Assembly (NCBI GenBank): GCA_027451945.1
Contig: DAIDHT010000034.1
Span: 812-64,811, forward strand
Source: Spirochaetales bacterium
GTDB lineage: Bacteria; Spirochaetota; Spirochaetia; JABEVK01
Reading direction: 5' to 3'
DNA: 64,000 nucleotides
In this document: piece by piece, positions 55,122 through 64,000 of the stretch
Position numbering within the stretch: the first letter of the stretch is position 1
How the letters are laid out: each line of letters opens with the position of its first letter
Program-made: the position numbers and the translations under genes
The notes under the pieces: generated by a model
Seen by the model: only the letters and a program-made list of their open reading frames with translations
Told to the model about the DNA's origin: nothing
Database searches by the model: none

Positions 55122-56213
55122 TTAGGCGTTGTTCTTCTCAAAGGCTTTCAGGAAATCGACCAGCTTTTTTACGCCGTCGACGGGCATAGCGTTGTAGATA
55201 CTGGCACGCATTCCGCCCACGGAACGGTGTCCGGCGAGGTTCACCAGGCCCACGGCTTCGGACTCTTTCACAAACTTCTTGTTCATGGCTTCGCCGGCTT
55301 CGGCCTCGGTGATGCGGGTCAAGAACGGCACGTTCATCAGTGAGCGGTCTTTTTTCTCGACGGGGCTGTAAAAGAACTTGGACTGATCCAGGTAGTCGTA
55401 CAGGATCTTGGCTTTTTCAGCGTTGCGAGCGAAAAGCGCCTTGGTTCCGCCGTTTTCTTTGATCCACTCAAGAACCAGGCCAACGATATAAATCGAGTAG
55501 CACGGCGGGGTATTGAACATCGAGCCACTGTCGGCATGAACTTTAAAGTCGAGCATCGCAGGGAGCCCGGCGGGAATGCGGTCCATAAAATCTTTGCGGA
55601 CGATAGTCAGGTTGACGCCGGCAGGTCCCAAGTTCTTTTGGGCACCAGCAAAAACCAGGGCGAACTTGTTGATGTCCAACGGTTCAGAAAGAATGCCTGA
55701 AGAAATATCGGCAATTAAAGGAACCTTGACGTCGGGCAGGGTGTGGTACTGGGTACCTTCGATGGTGTTGTTGTAGCAGATATAAAAGTAGTCAGCCTCG
55801 GGGTCGGTGCCCGTGATGGGGGGCAGATAAGACCACTTCTTGTCCTTTGAAGAACCGACAACGTTGGCCTTGCCCAGCTTGGCGGCCTCTTCGACAGCCT
55901 TTTGGCTCCAGGCACCGGTTTGAACAAAATCAGCCTTTTTGTTCTTAGTCATGAAGTTGAGGGGAATCATGTGGAACTGGAGACTGGCTCCGCCTTGAAG
56001 GAACAGCACATGGTAGTCGTCGCTGACCCCCAAAATTTCGCGGGTTAGGTCTTCGGTCTTTTTAATGATGCTTTCGTACTGTTTGGAGCGGTGACTCATC
56101 TCCATTACCGACTGGCCAGAGCCGTTCCAATCGAGCATCTCTTCGGCGGCCTTCTTGAGGACGGGCTCGGGCAGCATGGACGGCCCGGCGGAAAAGTTAA
56201 AAACGCGTGCCAT
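55122..56213 (-). CDS. serC: Phosphoserine aminotransferase
   Basis: The N-terminus MARVFNFSAGPSMLPEPVL and the 363-aa length match SerC. The start is the internal Met of the track ORF. Confidence 0.85.
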   Translation of the reverse strand: MARVFNFSAGPSMLPEPVLKKAAEEMLDWNGSGQSVMEMSHRSKQYESIIKKTEDLTREILGVSDDYHVLFLQGGASLQFHMIPLNFMTKNKKADFVQTGAWSQKAVEEAAKLGKANVVGSSKDKKWSYLPPITGTDPEADYFYICYNNTIEGTQYHTLPDVKVPLIADISSGILSEPLDINKFALVFAGAQKNLGPAGVNLTIVRKDFMDRIPAGLPAMLDFKVHADSGSMFNTPPCYSIYIVGLVLEWIKENGGTKALFARNAEKAKILYDYLDQSKFFYSPVEKKDRSLMNVPFLTRITEAEAGEAMNKKFVKESEAVGLVNLAGHRSVGGMRASIYNAMPVDGVKKLVDFLKAFEKNNA

Positions 56214-56265
56214 GATCAGCACCTCCTGAAAGCGAGTATACGGACCCGAAGGCTCCCCGTCGAGC

Positions 56266-56289
56266 AACCTGTTAAATTTTTAACAGGTT
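56266..56289. promoter_or_regulatory. 24-bp near-perfect palindrome AACCTGTTAAAT-TTTTAACAGGTT in the divergent serC/hom intergenic region
   Basis: I read it directly, and 11 of 12 positions in each half are symmetric. Neither side has a flanking T-run, so an operator is more likely than a terminator. Confidence 0.3.
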
Positions 56290-56355
56290 AACAACACTCC
56301 TTGAGCTCGTTTACAAAAGGCGTTCTTTCTTCTATGGTTCGTCCAGGGGGCGATC

Positions 56356-57627
56356 ATGTCGAAACTTGTCGTGGCGTTAGCGGGTTTGGGGACCATTGGC
56401 ACAGGTCTGGCCCGGCTTTTGGCCGAAAATTCTGCGGCACAAGAACGGTTGGTGCTAAAATCCGTTCTAGTTCGTGACGCCAGTAAACCTCGTCCGTTCC
56501 TACCGGCTTCGGCGCGGCTGGTGACCAACCTCGAAGACGTGATTGGTGATCCCGAAATTGATATTGTGGTCGAATTGTGGGGAGGCGTGGATGCCGCGCT
56601 ACTGTTGTGCCGAAGCGCTTTGGCGGCGGGCAAGCACGTAGTTACTGCCAATAAAAACCTCCTCGCTGAAAAGGGTCCCGAATTGTTTGCCCTGGCCCGC
56701 GAAAAAGGGGTGACTATCGGGTTCGAAGCCAGCGTTTGTGCCGGTATTCCCATTATTCGTGTCTTGCGCGAGGCCCTTCGTGCCGAGCGCATCCTTTCGG
56801 TAGAAGGCATTGTAAATGGCACGACAAATTATATCCTTACCCGCATGAGCGAAGCGCACGTCTCGTATGACGAAGCCTTGAAAGAAGCTCAGGAGAAGGG
56901 CTACGCCGAACCAGACCCCACCTATGACGTTACTGGTAAGGACGCCGCCTGCAAGGCCGGAATCTTGGCCAGTCTGGCTTTTGGCAGCTTTGTCGATACC
57001 CAGCGTATTCCCACCAGCGGTATTTCGACTCTTGATGCCGAAGACGTGCGTCAGGCTGAAGCGATGGGGTACCGTATCAAGCTGATCGCGGCGGGCAGAC
57101 GCACCGCCTCGGGGGCCTTGGATGTTGAGGTAGCTCCCGTGTTGTTGCCTCATGATCACCCGTTGGCTTCGGTTCGCCTTGAGTACAACGCCGTCTTGGT
57201 CGAAAGTCAGGGCCTGGGCCGAACCGTGTATTCTGGAAAGGGAGCGGGGCCCGCCCCCACGGCGGTGTCGCTGTTAGCCGATTTGCTTGATGCGGCCGAG
57301 GGGCGCGCCCTCCCGGCCGACGGCTCAGGCTTTACGGCTAAGCCTGCCGCTCTTGAACCTCCTCGTGACCAGATTGACCGCTACTATGTGCACCTGTGTG
57401 TTCCCGACAAGCCCGGGGTGCTAGCCAAGGTTGCCGGTGTTTTGGCTGCTAGTCATGTCAGCCTTGCCAGTGTGCTTCAGCCCGAGGCTGAACCGGATGC
57501 CCAAAGCTTCATCCCTTTGATTATGACCACCCACCGGGCCCGCCGCGAAAACCTTGATGCGGCCCTTACGGAACTAAAAAAAGAAAACTGGGGCAAGCAG
57601 GTCGTCCTACGGATTCAGGACCGCTAA
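56356..57627 (+). CDS. hom: Homoserine dehydrogenase (with C-terminal ACT domain)
   Basis: The Rossmann motif is VVALAGLGTIGTGL. The catalytic region is GIVNGTTNYILT. A C-terminal ACT-like segment is present. The protein is 423 aa. Confidence 0.85.
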   Translation: MSKLVVALAGLGTIGTGLARLLAENSAAQERLVLKSVLVRDASKPRPFLPASARLVTNLEDVIGDPEIDIVVELWGGVDAALLLCRSALAAGKHVVTANKNLLAEKGPELFALAREKGVTIGFEASVCAGIPIIRVLREALRAERILSVEGIVNGTTNYILTRMSEAHVSYDEALKEAQEKGYAEPDPTYDVTGKDAACKAGILASLAFGSFVDTQRIPTSGISTLDAEDVRQAEAMGYRIKLIAAGRRTASGALDVEVAPVLLPHDHPLASVRLEYNAVLVESQGLGRTVYSGKGAGPAPTAVSLLADLLDAAEGRALPADGSGFTAKPAALEPPRDQIDRYYVHLCVPDKPGVLAKVAGVLAASHVSLASVLQPEAEPDAQSFIPLIMTTHRARRENLDAALTELKKENWGKQVVLRIQDR

Positions 57628-57628
57628 C

Positions 57629-58345
57629 ATGGCCGAAACCCTTTTAAACTTTCACGGAATCGAAGAGACCCTTAAAGAGCCGCCCGCCGGAGCCGCCTTG
57701 TACCTCGGTAAGCGTCATGCCCGGACCGAAGCTTTGGCCGAGCTGGCACGAAAAGGCAAGGTAGCCGTTCAGGTTTTGCCCGAAGAAGAGTTTCGGCGTC
57801 GCTTTGGTCCAGACGCGCGTGGGGCGGCGCTGGTGTTGCCCGAGGGGCGAAAGACCCGCGAAACCACCTTAGAGAGTGTTTTGTCCAGTGTTGGCGAAAA
57901 GGCCCTGGTGGTGTTGTTGGATGGGGTCACCGACCCGCAGAACTACGGGGCGATTTTGCGCAGTGCCGACCAGTTTGGGGCCGACTTGGTGGTGCTGCCG
58001 GCTCGACGATCGGCTTCGGACACGCCGGCCGTGTATGCCGCCAGCGCCGGAGCGGCTGCCTGGGTTCCGCATGCCATTGTTCCTAACTTGGCGCGAGCCT
58101 TGGAACAGCTCAAACAGGCAGGTTTTTGGGTGTACGGTGCCGATATGAACGGGGTGAAAGCCCCACAGGCGGGAATGACCGGAAAAGTAGCGCTAGTGCT
58201 GGGTGCCGAGGGCAAGGGGTTGTCACGGCTGGTTCGCGAGTTATGCGACGTGATTGTTTCGATTCCCACCCGGGGACGCCTCGACAGCTTGAATGTTTCG
58301 GTTGCCGCTGGGGTTTTAATGTACGAGGTTCGCCGCGCCGACTAG
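57629..58345 (+). CDS. SpoU/TrmH-family RNA 2'-O-methyltransferase (RlmB-like)
   Basis: The motifs are DGVTDPQNYGAILRSADQFGADLVVLP, LVLGAEGKGLS and PTRGRLDSLNVSVAAGVLMYE. It starts 2 nt after the hom stop. Confidence 0.75.
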   Translation: MAETLLNFHGIEETLKEPPAGAALYLGKRHARTEALAELARKGKVAVQVLPEEEFRRRFGPDARGAALVLPEGRKTRETTLESVLSSVGEKALVVLLDGVTDPQNYGAILRSADQFGADLVVLPARRSASDTPAVYAASAGAAAWVPHAIVPNLARALEQLKQAGFWVYGADMNGVKAPQAGMTGKVALVLGAEGKGLSRLVRELCDVIVSIPTRGRLDSLNVSVAAGVLMYEVRRAD

Positions 58346-58366
58346 ACGAAACCTCGTGCCTAGTGT

Positions 58367-59173
58367 ATGTCTCCTCCACGGAGGCAGACTTTGGGTGTCA
58401 AAAAAGGACTTTTGAGTCTTTTCTTAGGAAGTATTTGCGGGCTTGGCGCTGTGGCGGCCGGCCCTGTCTTGATCTTGGATTACCACACCTTTTTAGGGAC
58501 GAAAACCTCGACCCTTGACTATAGTGATAAGGTTATGGGGGAACAGCTGGACCGCATGAAGGCGATGGGCTTTCAGTTTGTTACCCTGCCAGACGCGATC
58601 GCGGGAAAAACCGGCCCACGGCTCTCGATTGTTTTGACGATCGATGATGGAAACCACAGCATTTTCCAGGCCATGCATAAGGTGTTTGAACCTCGGTATC
58701 TGAAACCGTTTCTCTTCATCTACCCCCATGCCATCGATCGGAGCCGTTTCACCATCACTTCGGCCCGTGTTCACGAGTTAGAAAAAGAAGGCTTTTTGTT
58801 TGGGGCTCATGGCTACTACCACCTCCCGATGACCGAACATGCCTGGCGGACGAACCCTGAACAGGTTCGTCACGAGGCCCTGTGGCCAGCCGAACCGCTG
58901 ACCAAGATCTTGGGCTACCGACCAACGATGTTTGCCTACCCGTATGGGTTTGCCCCGCCGGCAGTTCAAAAGCTCGTTCTTTCGGCTGGCTACACCTGGG
59001 CGTTTGCCGCTGATGACAAGATCGTCCCGGTCGACTTTTCGGACCCGCACCTGGCGCACGGCTATGTGCCTCGAACCATTGTCTACCACTGGAACCTGCC
59101 GATCTTGATGAGGTACCTCGAGCACTACGCGGCTGAACATCCGCTGAAGCACCCGGAGCACCCCGCGAGTTAA
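58367..59173 (+). CDS. Polysaccharide deacetylase (NodB-homology) family protein
   Basis: It has a signal peptide. LTIDDGNHS matches motif 1 (TFDDG). The downstream His-rich motifs are GAHGYYH. Confidence 0.6.
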   Translation: MSPPRRQTLGVKKGLLSLFLGSICGLGAVAAGPVLILDYHTFLGTKTSTLDYSDKVMGEQLDRMKAMGFQFVTLPDAIAGKTGPRLSIVLTIDDGNHSIFQAMHKVFEPRYLKPFLFIYPHAIDRSRFTITSARVHELEKEGFLFGAHGYYHLPMTEHAWRTNPEQVRHEALWPAEPLTKILGYRPTMFAYPYGFAPPAVQKLVLSAGYTWAFAADDKIVPVDFSDPHLAHGYVPRTIVYHWNLPILMRYLEHYAAEHPLKHPEHPAS

Positions 59174-59196
59174 CTTTACGTCCCAGAGTTAAGCGC

Positions 59197-60405
59197 TTAT
59201 TTCACCGATAACTGAAGCCAAGTCATGTCGTCCAGGCGGGGAACTCCCGCCTGGAAGGCTTCGACCGCTTCAAGGAGACGGGGGGCTACCTCGGCCCCTT
59301 GCCGCAAGCTGTCGAGCAAATGCGACAAAAGCCGCCCCTCGCCCCATTCTTCGCCGGCGGGGTTAACCTGTTCGGTTAGCCCGTCGGTATAAAACAGCAG
59401 AAAATCCCCGGGTCTAAGGTGAAAGCGGTAGAGTTGGGGCGAGAGGGCCTGATCAATCCCCAGCGGTAAGTTCATACATGGAAAGCGTAAAGGTCGGGCC
59501 CGACCGCCTCGAACGATCCAGTTGTGCCCGTGACCCATATCGGCAATAACGACCTCGTGGCGCCGCCAATCGATGATCAAAAAAACGGCGGTAAGGTACT
59601 TTTCTAGGTGAAAGGTCCTTATCAGGGCCTCGTTTAACTGCTGAATCAGCGTTTTTAAGCCCTTGCGATAATCATAGAATTCCAGAACACCCCATAGTAA
59701 GCTTGTCAGAATCGACGCGGCTGCTCCCTTGCCCGATACATCGCCAAGGGCCAGGAACAGACGCCCATCCGGCAGCTCATGGATGTGGTAAAAATCCCCA
59801 CCTAAACCTTTGGCCGATTGCGAAAAGGCCTCGGCCACCCACTTTTCGTGTTCCAGACGGGCCTGCCGGGGGACTAACCGCTCTTGAAGTTGTCCCGCCA
59901 GGGTGATGTCCTCTTGAGTAATGCGCGACAGGTACGAAAGAATATCCTTGGACGAGAAAATCCCCGCAAACTTCCCGCCGGCGGCTGTTAACAGAAAGTA
60001 AAAGATGGCGGATCGATCAATCTTCGACTGAATTTGTTCGGCGACATGAAAGAGGTTGGCGTGCTGATCGAAGGTGGGTACGGTTTCGACAATGCTCCCA
60101 ATGGCCTTTTTGTTGAGAATCTCTTGGCCAAAAGGTTTGCCTAACTGGGCGAACAGCGCCTGGCGGGTAATGATTCCTAGGGCCTGGCCGTCCACGGCAC
60201 AAACCCCGAGGGCCAACAGGTCCGTGGCCTGTTGGAACTCCCGTGCAACTTCTTCAACACGAGTATCGTCGAGAACAAAGCGGAAACTGCTAGCTACGCG
60301 AAGGAGTGAAGCCCCGTAGGCTTTGTCTGAAACGATGGTCTGAAGCACGGGCGAGGTGGTGAGGGTCGCCTTAGCTTCTGTGATTTCTAACTCTGAAGAC
60401 TCCAT
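59197..60405 (-). CDS. PP2C-family (SpoIIE/RsbU-like) serine phosphatase with an N-terminal CBS pair
   Basis: Two CBS-like segments occupy the N-terminal half. The phosphatase motifs are GDFYHIHELPDGRLFLALGDVSGKGAAAS and IDWRRHEVVIADMGHGH...FYTDGLTE. Confidence 0.7.
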   Translation of the reverse strand: MESSELEITEAKATLTTSPVLQTIVSDKAYGASLLRVASSFRFVLDDTRVEEVAREFQQATDLLALGVCAVDGQALGIITRQALFAQLGKPFGQEILNKKAIGSIVETVPTFDQHANLFHVAEQIQSKIDRSAIFYFLLTAAGGKFAGIFSSKDILSYLSRITQEDITLAGQLQERLVPRQARLEHEKWVAEAFSQSAKGLGGDFYHIHELPDGRLFLALGDVSGKGAAASILTSLLWGVLEFYDYRKGLKTLIQQLNEALIRTFHLEKYLTAVFLIIDWRRHEVVIADMGHGHNWIVRGGRARPLRFPCMNLPLGIDQALSPQLYRFHLRPGDFLLFYTDGLTEQVNPAGEEWGEGRLLSHLLDSLRQGAEVAPRLLEAVEAFQAGVPRLDDMTWLQLSVK

Positions 60406-60498
60406 CTTAGACTCCTTGCGGCAAGCCTAAAAGGGCCGTGTTAAACTTTGATGAGTTTGGTGCAAATTCGGCAGGCGCGCCCCGTGTTGTTGCCCTGT

Positions 60499-61473
60499 TT
60501 AGGGCATGGCCTGGCCGCGGGCTGTTTCGAAAAGCAGGTACCACTCTTCGCGCGAAAGTGTCAGGTTGACACTCTCGGCGCACGCTGCCAGCCTATCGCC
60601 TCTTGTCGTTCCCAAAACCGGGACAATCTGGGCAGGGTGACGCAAAAGCCAAGCCAAAGCCACCGCTTCGGGAGCTACCCCGTGGTCAGCCGCTAACCTG
60701 GTGACAAGTTCAGCCGTGGCCCGGTGACGGGGGTCAGAAGCCTGGGTGTTGGTGACGCCGCCGCGAGCCAAGGGGCTCCAAGCCTGGAGCGAAACCCCCT
60801 TAAGACCACAGTATTCGAGAAGGCCTTCCCAGCCGTTGGGGTACCTTGCGGGGAACTGGTTGAACGAGATGCCCGCCTCGGCAAAACCGTGGTGCAACAA
60901 ACTCATCTCTACTTGGTTTGCGACCAGGGGCTGGTTTAAAAAACTTTGCAGGTAAGCGACATGATCACGGCTTTGGTTACTGACGCCAAAGTAACGGACC
61001 TTTCCCGAGGAACGGAGGGTTTCGAACGCTTCGGCGATTTCTTCACCCTCGGCAAGGACATCAGGTCGGTGCAAAAGCAGAATATCGAGATGATCGGTAT
61101 TGAGGCGCTTGAGGCTGGCTTCGGCACTGCGCAGAATATGCTCTTTGCTAAAGTCAAAGCGCTGAGGCGTACCGGGTGGGTCATCCTTCCAGCGAATTCC
61201 GCATTTCGTTTGTAGAACCATGCGCTCCCTCAGCGAGGGCGTTTCGTGCAAGATGCGGCCAAAGACCGCTTCGGCCCTGGTACGGGTGTAGATATCTGCA
61301 TGATCGAAAAAATTGATACCCAACTCAAGGGCGGTGTTGATAAAGCTTCGCGCTTGGTCTTCGTCCTGGCTTGAAAGTTCGTAGTTTGGCTCCCAGCTTC
61401 CGCCCAAGCCCATGGCTCCGGCGCACAGGCGCGAAACAGTAAGGTCAGTATTTTTCAGTTGAAGCATTTTCAT
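60499..61473 (-). CDS. Aldo/keto reductase
   Basis: LGLGGSW, FFDHADIY, RYFGVSN and the 324-aa length fit the family. Confidence 0.8.
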   Translation of the reverse strand: MKMLQLKNTDLTVSRLCAGAMGLGGSWEPNYELSSQDEDQARSFINTALELGINFFDHADIYTRTRAEAVFGRILHETPSLRERMVLQTKCGIRWKDDPPGTPQRFDFSKEHILRSAEASLKRLNTDHLDILLLHRPDVLAEGEEIAEAFETLRSSGKVRYFGVSNQSRDHVAYLQSFLNQPLVANQVEMSLLHHGFAEAGISFNQFPARYPNGWEGLLEYCGLKGVSLQAWSPLARGGVTNTQASDPRHRATAELVTRLAADHGVAPEAVALAWLLRHPAQIVPVLGTTRGDRLAACAESVNLTLSREEWYLLFETARGQAMP

Positions 61474-61489
61474 GAGGGGAGATCCTTCC

Positions 61490-63886
61490 TTATTTTCTGG
61501 CGCGCTTTTGGGCCTTCAACAGGGCGGTTTTGATCATATCATTAACCACAAAGGTAAAAAAGGCCGACAGCAGAACAACGGCGCCGGTGGCCAAGGGCGC
61601 TATAGCGGGGAGCCCGGGTATACCCACCGTGAGCAAAACCGCCACAAGGGCCATATCGGCTAGGGTGATCCAGAACAGCTGAGGGCTGGGGCTGGATTCC
61701 CAGAAGTGGCCGCGTTCGCGGACCATAAATACGGTGAGCAGGCCAAAATAGAACAGGATGGCAAACGAATACGAGTTGAGAGTCGAGGCTTGCCCTGGGG
61801 TACCCGCCGACAAGTGAAAAAAGCTCATTCCCACCCACAAAATTGCTAAGGATTCTAGAACGACCAGACCTCCGATGACTGCCGAGGTACGAACCAGGGC
61901 GCTGATATCCCAGGTGTCGGGCTGTGGGGACCACCTAGCCCTGTCGGTCGAGATGGACAGCGTGACAAAGTCGATCATAAACAGGAGTAACACGACATCA
62001 AAGGCCGAAACCACAAACTGGTGCGTCAGCAAGAAGGCCGCGACAACAAAGACGACGATCTGAAAGGTTTTTACAACTTTATTGAAGATCCACGTCAGAA
62101 TGCGCTGGTAGATCATGCGTCCCACTTTGACCAAGTCGACGATGTTGGCCAGGCCATCTCCGGTAAGAACGGCGCTGGCGGCACCCTTGGCGACATCGGT
62201 CGCGCTGGCGACCGCAATACCCACTTCTGCCTGCTTGAGCGAGGGGGCGTCATTCAACCCATCGCCCGTCATGCCGACGATGTGACCTTTCTTTTGAAGC
62301 GATTCCACGATATTAAATTTGTCTTGAGGATAAATTTCGGCAAAGCCGTCACTGGCATCGGCCACCCGCCCGGCTTCGAGAGGGTCTTTTTCATGAGCTT
62401 CTTCAAATACCGCCGAGGTGGTAATGGCATCCGAAAGCCCTACCTGGCGGGCGGTCTCGCGAGCGATGGGAAGGGCGTCGCCGGTGAGCATTTTAACCTT
62501 GATACCCAAGTTACGCAGTTCCGTAATCAGCTGTCCCGCGTCGGGTCGAGGGGGGTCGTACAAGGCCACAAGGCCCGCCAAAGTCAGCGTGCCGTTTTGT
62601 TTAACCGCCACCGCAAGGGTGCGGTAGCCCTTATCGGCGTACTCGTGCGCTTGTTCGGTTAACGCGGCAAGGTCCGAACCTGTTAGCTCGGCCAGCACAT
62701 TCACGGCCCCTTTATAAACCGTCAAGCTGTCGCCGTTGTTTTGAACTTCTGCTTCGGTGCGCCGTGTCTTAGGGTCAAACGGGGTAAAGCGTTGTTGTGT
62801 CCAAGCCTCGGGCTTAAGACCTTTGACCTGGGCAGCGTGTAAAAAGGCTAAGTCGATAGGGTCATGGTTGGCTTCCTGCGAGGCCAAGGCACCCCAAAGG
62901 AGTACCTGAGCTTCAGAATACCCCGCTTGAGGGATCACGCCAGCTACCGTGAGTTCATTTTTGGTGATGGTTCCGGTTTTGTCGGTACACAGCGTGTCCA
63001 TGGTAGCCGCGTCTTCGGCAGCCGAGAGTCTGGTTACCAGGACACCTCGTTTGACTAGCTCTAAAGAGCCGACGGCCATACTAATGGTGAACATGGCCGG
63101 AAGGGCGACGGGAATGGACGAAGCCATGAGGACGAGTGCCAACGAGAGCACATTCCAAAGGTTGATACCCAGAAGCAGAGCGGCAATAAAGGCTATTGCT
63201 AAGGTGCCTCCCACGATAATCAACAACCAATTGACGACCTGGGCAATGACTTCTTCCATGTGGAGTTTGGGCTTGGCGGTTTGCACGAGCTCGGTGGTTT
63301 TGCCAAAGAAGGTTTTCGTGCCGGTTAGCTCCACCTGAGTGGTGGCCTCGCCGGATTTGACAATGGACCCCGAATACAAAAGGTCGCCGGGGGCCTTGGG
63401 AACCGTGAGCGATTCGCCGGTGAGCGCGGCTTGGTCGGCCTCAAGATGACCCTCGGCAAGCTTGACATCCGCAGGAACAAAATCGCCGGCTCGAACACGA
63501 ACGACATCGCCGGGAACAAGCTCGCGGGCTGGCACCAGTTGCCACTTACCATCCCGTAGAACGCGGGCGTTGATGCGGAGCTTTTGCTTGAGGGTCTCGA
63601 CCGCTTTCGAGGCCCTTACCTCTTGCACAAAACCAAGAATGGCGTTGAGCACGAGGAGGGCTAGGATGATATAGAGGTCGAGAGTTTTTCCCAGAATAGC
63701 TGAAAGGATGACGACAGCTTCGAGCATCCAGGCGGTTAAGCCCCAGAATTTCTTTAAAAATACCAGAACAAGGTTCTTTTTCGGTTCGGGAACCTCGTTG
63801 TAGCCTTGGGTCTCGGCCCGTCGGCGGGCTTCTTCCTGGGTTAAGCCCAGGAGGGTATTTACTTCGGTGGTTTTTGCGTCTGACAT
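61490..63886 (-). CDS. P-type ATPase, type IIIA-like (plasma-membrane H+-ATPase family)
   Basis: The phosphorylation site is CTDKTGTITKN. The actuator motif is TGES. The hinge is MTGDGLNDAPSLKQAEVGIAV. The N-terminus MSDAKTTEVNTLLGLTQEEARRRAETQGYNEVPEP is typical of P3A pumps. Confidence 0.8.
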   Translation of the reverse strand: MSDAKTTEVNTLLGLTQEEARRRAETQGYNEVPEPKKNLVLVFLKKFWGLTAWMLEAVVILSAILGKTLDLYIILALLVLNAILGFVQEVRASKAVETLKQKLRINARVLRDGKWQLVPARELVPGDVVRVRAGDFVPADVKLAEGHLEADQAALTGESLTVPKAPGDLLYSGSIVKSGEATTQVELTGTKTFFGKTTELVQTAKPKLHMEEVIAQVVNWLLIIVGGTLAIAFIAALLLGINLWNVLSLALVLMASSIPVALPAMFTISMAVGSLELVKRGVLVTRLSAAEDAATMDTLCTDKTGTITKNELTVAGVIPQAGYSEAQVLLWGALASQEANHDPIDLAFLHAAQVKGLKPEAWTQQRFTPFDPKTRRTEAEVQNNGDSLTVYKGAVNVLAELTGSDLAALTEQAHEYADKGYRTLAVAVKQNGTLTLAGLVALYDPPRPDAGQLITELRNLGIKVKMLTGDALPIARETARQVGLSDAITTSAVFEEAHEKDPLEAGRVADASDGFAEIYPQDKFNIVESLQKKGHIVGMTGDGLNDAPSLKQAEVGIAVASATDVAKGAASAVLTGDGLANIVDLVKVGRMIYQRILTWIFNKVVKTFQIVVFVVAAFLLTHQFVVSAFDVVLLLFMIDFVTLSISTDRARWSPQPDTWDISALVRTSAVIGGLVVLESLAILWVGMSFFHLSAGTPGQASTLNSYSFAILFYFGLLTVFMVRERGHFWESSPSPQLFWITLADMALVAVLLTVGIPGLPAIAPLATGAVVLLSAFFTFVVNDMIKTALLKAQKRARK

Positions 63887-64000
63887 AAAAATCCTAACTA
63901 GATTGAGTTACTCTTTCATAAAAGACCAAAACCGGGGACTTGTTCAAGGCTGGGAGGAAGAGTACCAGCGAACCACCCCCACCTTGTTGCGTCGTGCGTT

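Noticed and set aside
56280-57159. Minus-strand ORFs of 180 and 186 aa antisense to hom
   Set aside because: They are antisense artefacts. The hom frame carries Rossmann and ACT motifs.
62021-62662. 213-aa plus-strand ORF antisense to the P-type ATPase
   Set aside because: It is an antisense artefact.
1-64000. CRISPR arrays, integrases/transposases, toxin-antitoxin pairs
   Set aside because: I found no regularly spaced direct repeats and no recognisable recombinase, transposase, nuclease or toxin-antitoxin motifs. The only compositional anomaly is the AT-rich left edge.

Overview
This 64 kb window is mostly ordinary chromosomal sequence of about 55% G+C (estimated by eye) from a diderm bacterium. 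The evidence for a diderm is many lipobox signal peptides and several beta-barrel-like proteins that end in Phe. Genes are densely packed on both strands, and adjacent genes often overlap by 4 to 20 nt.

The housekeeping genes I can recognise are:
- pheS and pheT of the archaeal/eukaryal type
- htpG, aroC, aroK, fumC, serA, serC, hom and ndk
- rlmE, a TrmH/RlmB-type methyltransferase, a PcrA/UvrD helicase, a polyprenyl synthetase, a rhomboid protease, and an archaeal-type UMP-kinase-like gene
- one tRNA-Leu(CAA)

Signalling genes are numerous, but no response regulator is visible anywhere in the window:
- two sensor histidine kinases, one cytoplasmic multi-PAS and one membrane-bound
- an Hpt protein
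- a HAMP class-III nucleotidyl cyclase
- a CBS-PP2C phosphatase

The envelope set is rich:
- a Big_2/RCC1 lipoprotein and a GH5 lipoprotein
- an 863-aa S/T-rich lipoprotein paired with a 396-aa barrel
- PEGA-TPR, LolA-like and RodZ-like proteins

The window is not uniform. The first ~1 kb is strikingly AT-rich, roughly one-third G+C by eye. On the minus strand it carries the N-terminal part of a dynamin-family GTPase that runs off the window start. That gene contains a G9 homopolymer. The AT-rich block is the edge of a probable foreign island lying to the left of the window.

Other points of interest:
- a flavodoxin / EcfT-like / Gx-transporter / NusG_II operon
- an Nramp-family transporter whose metal-site motifs are altered (DPGN to DVDA, MPH to MPF), with an AT-rich palindrome in its promoter
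- a C8 homopolymer in the first codons of a histidine kinase
- a 24-bp palindrome between serC and hom
- several unannotatable proteins co-transcribed with known genes

I found no CRISPR array and no obvious complete mobile element. I place the organism in or near the spirochetes only by inference, from the archaeal-type PheST and the Gx/NusG_II cluster. That placement is unverified.
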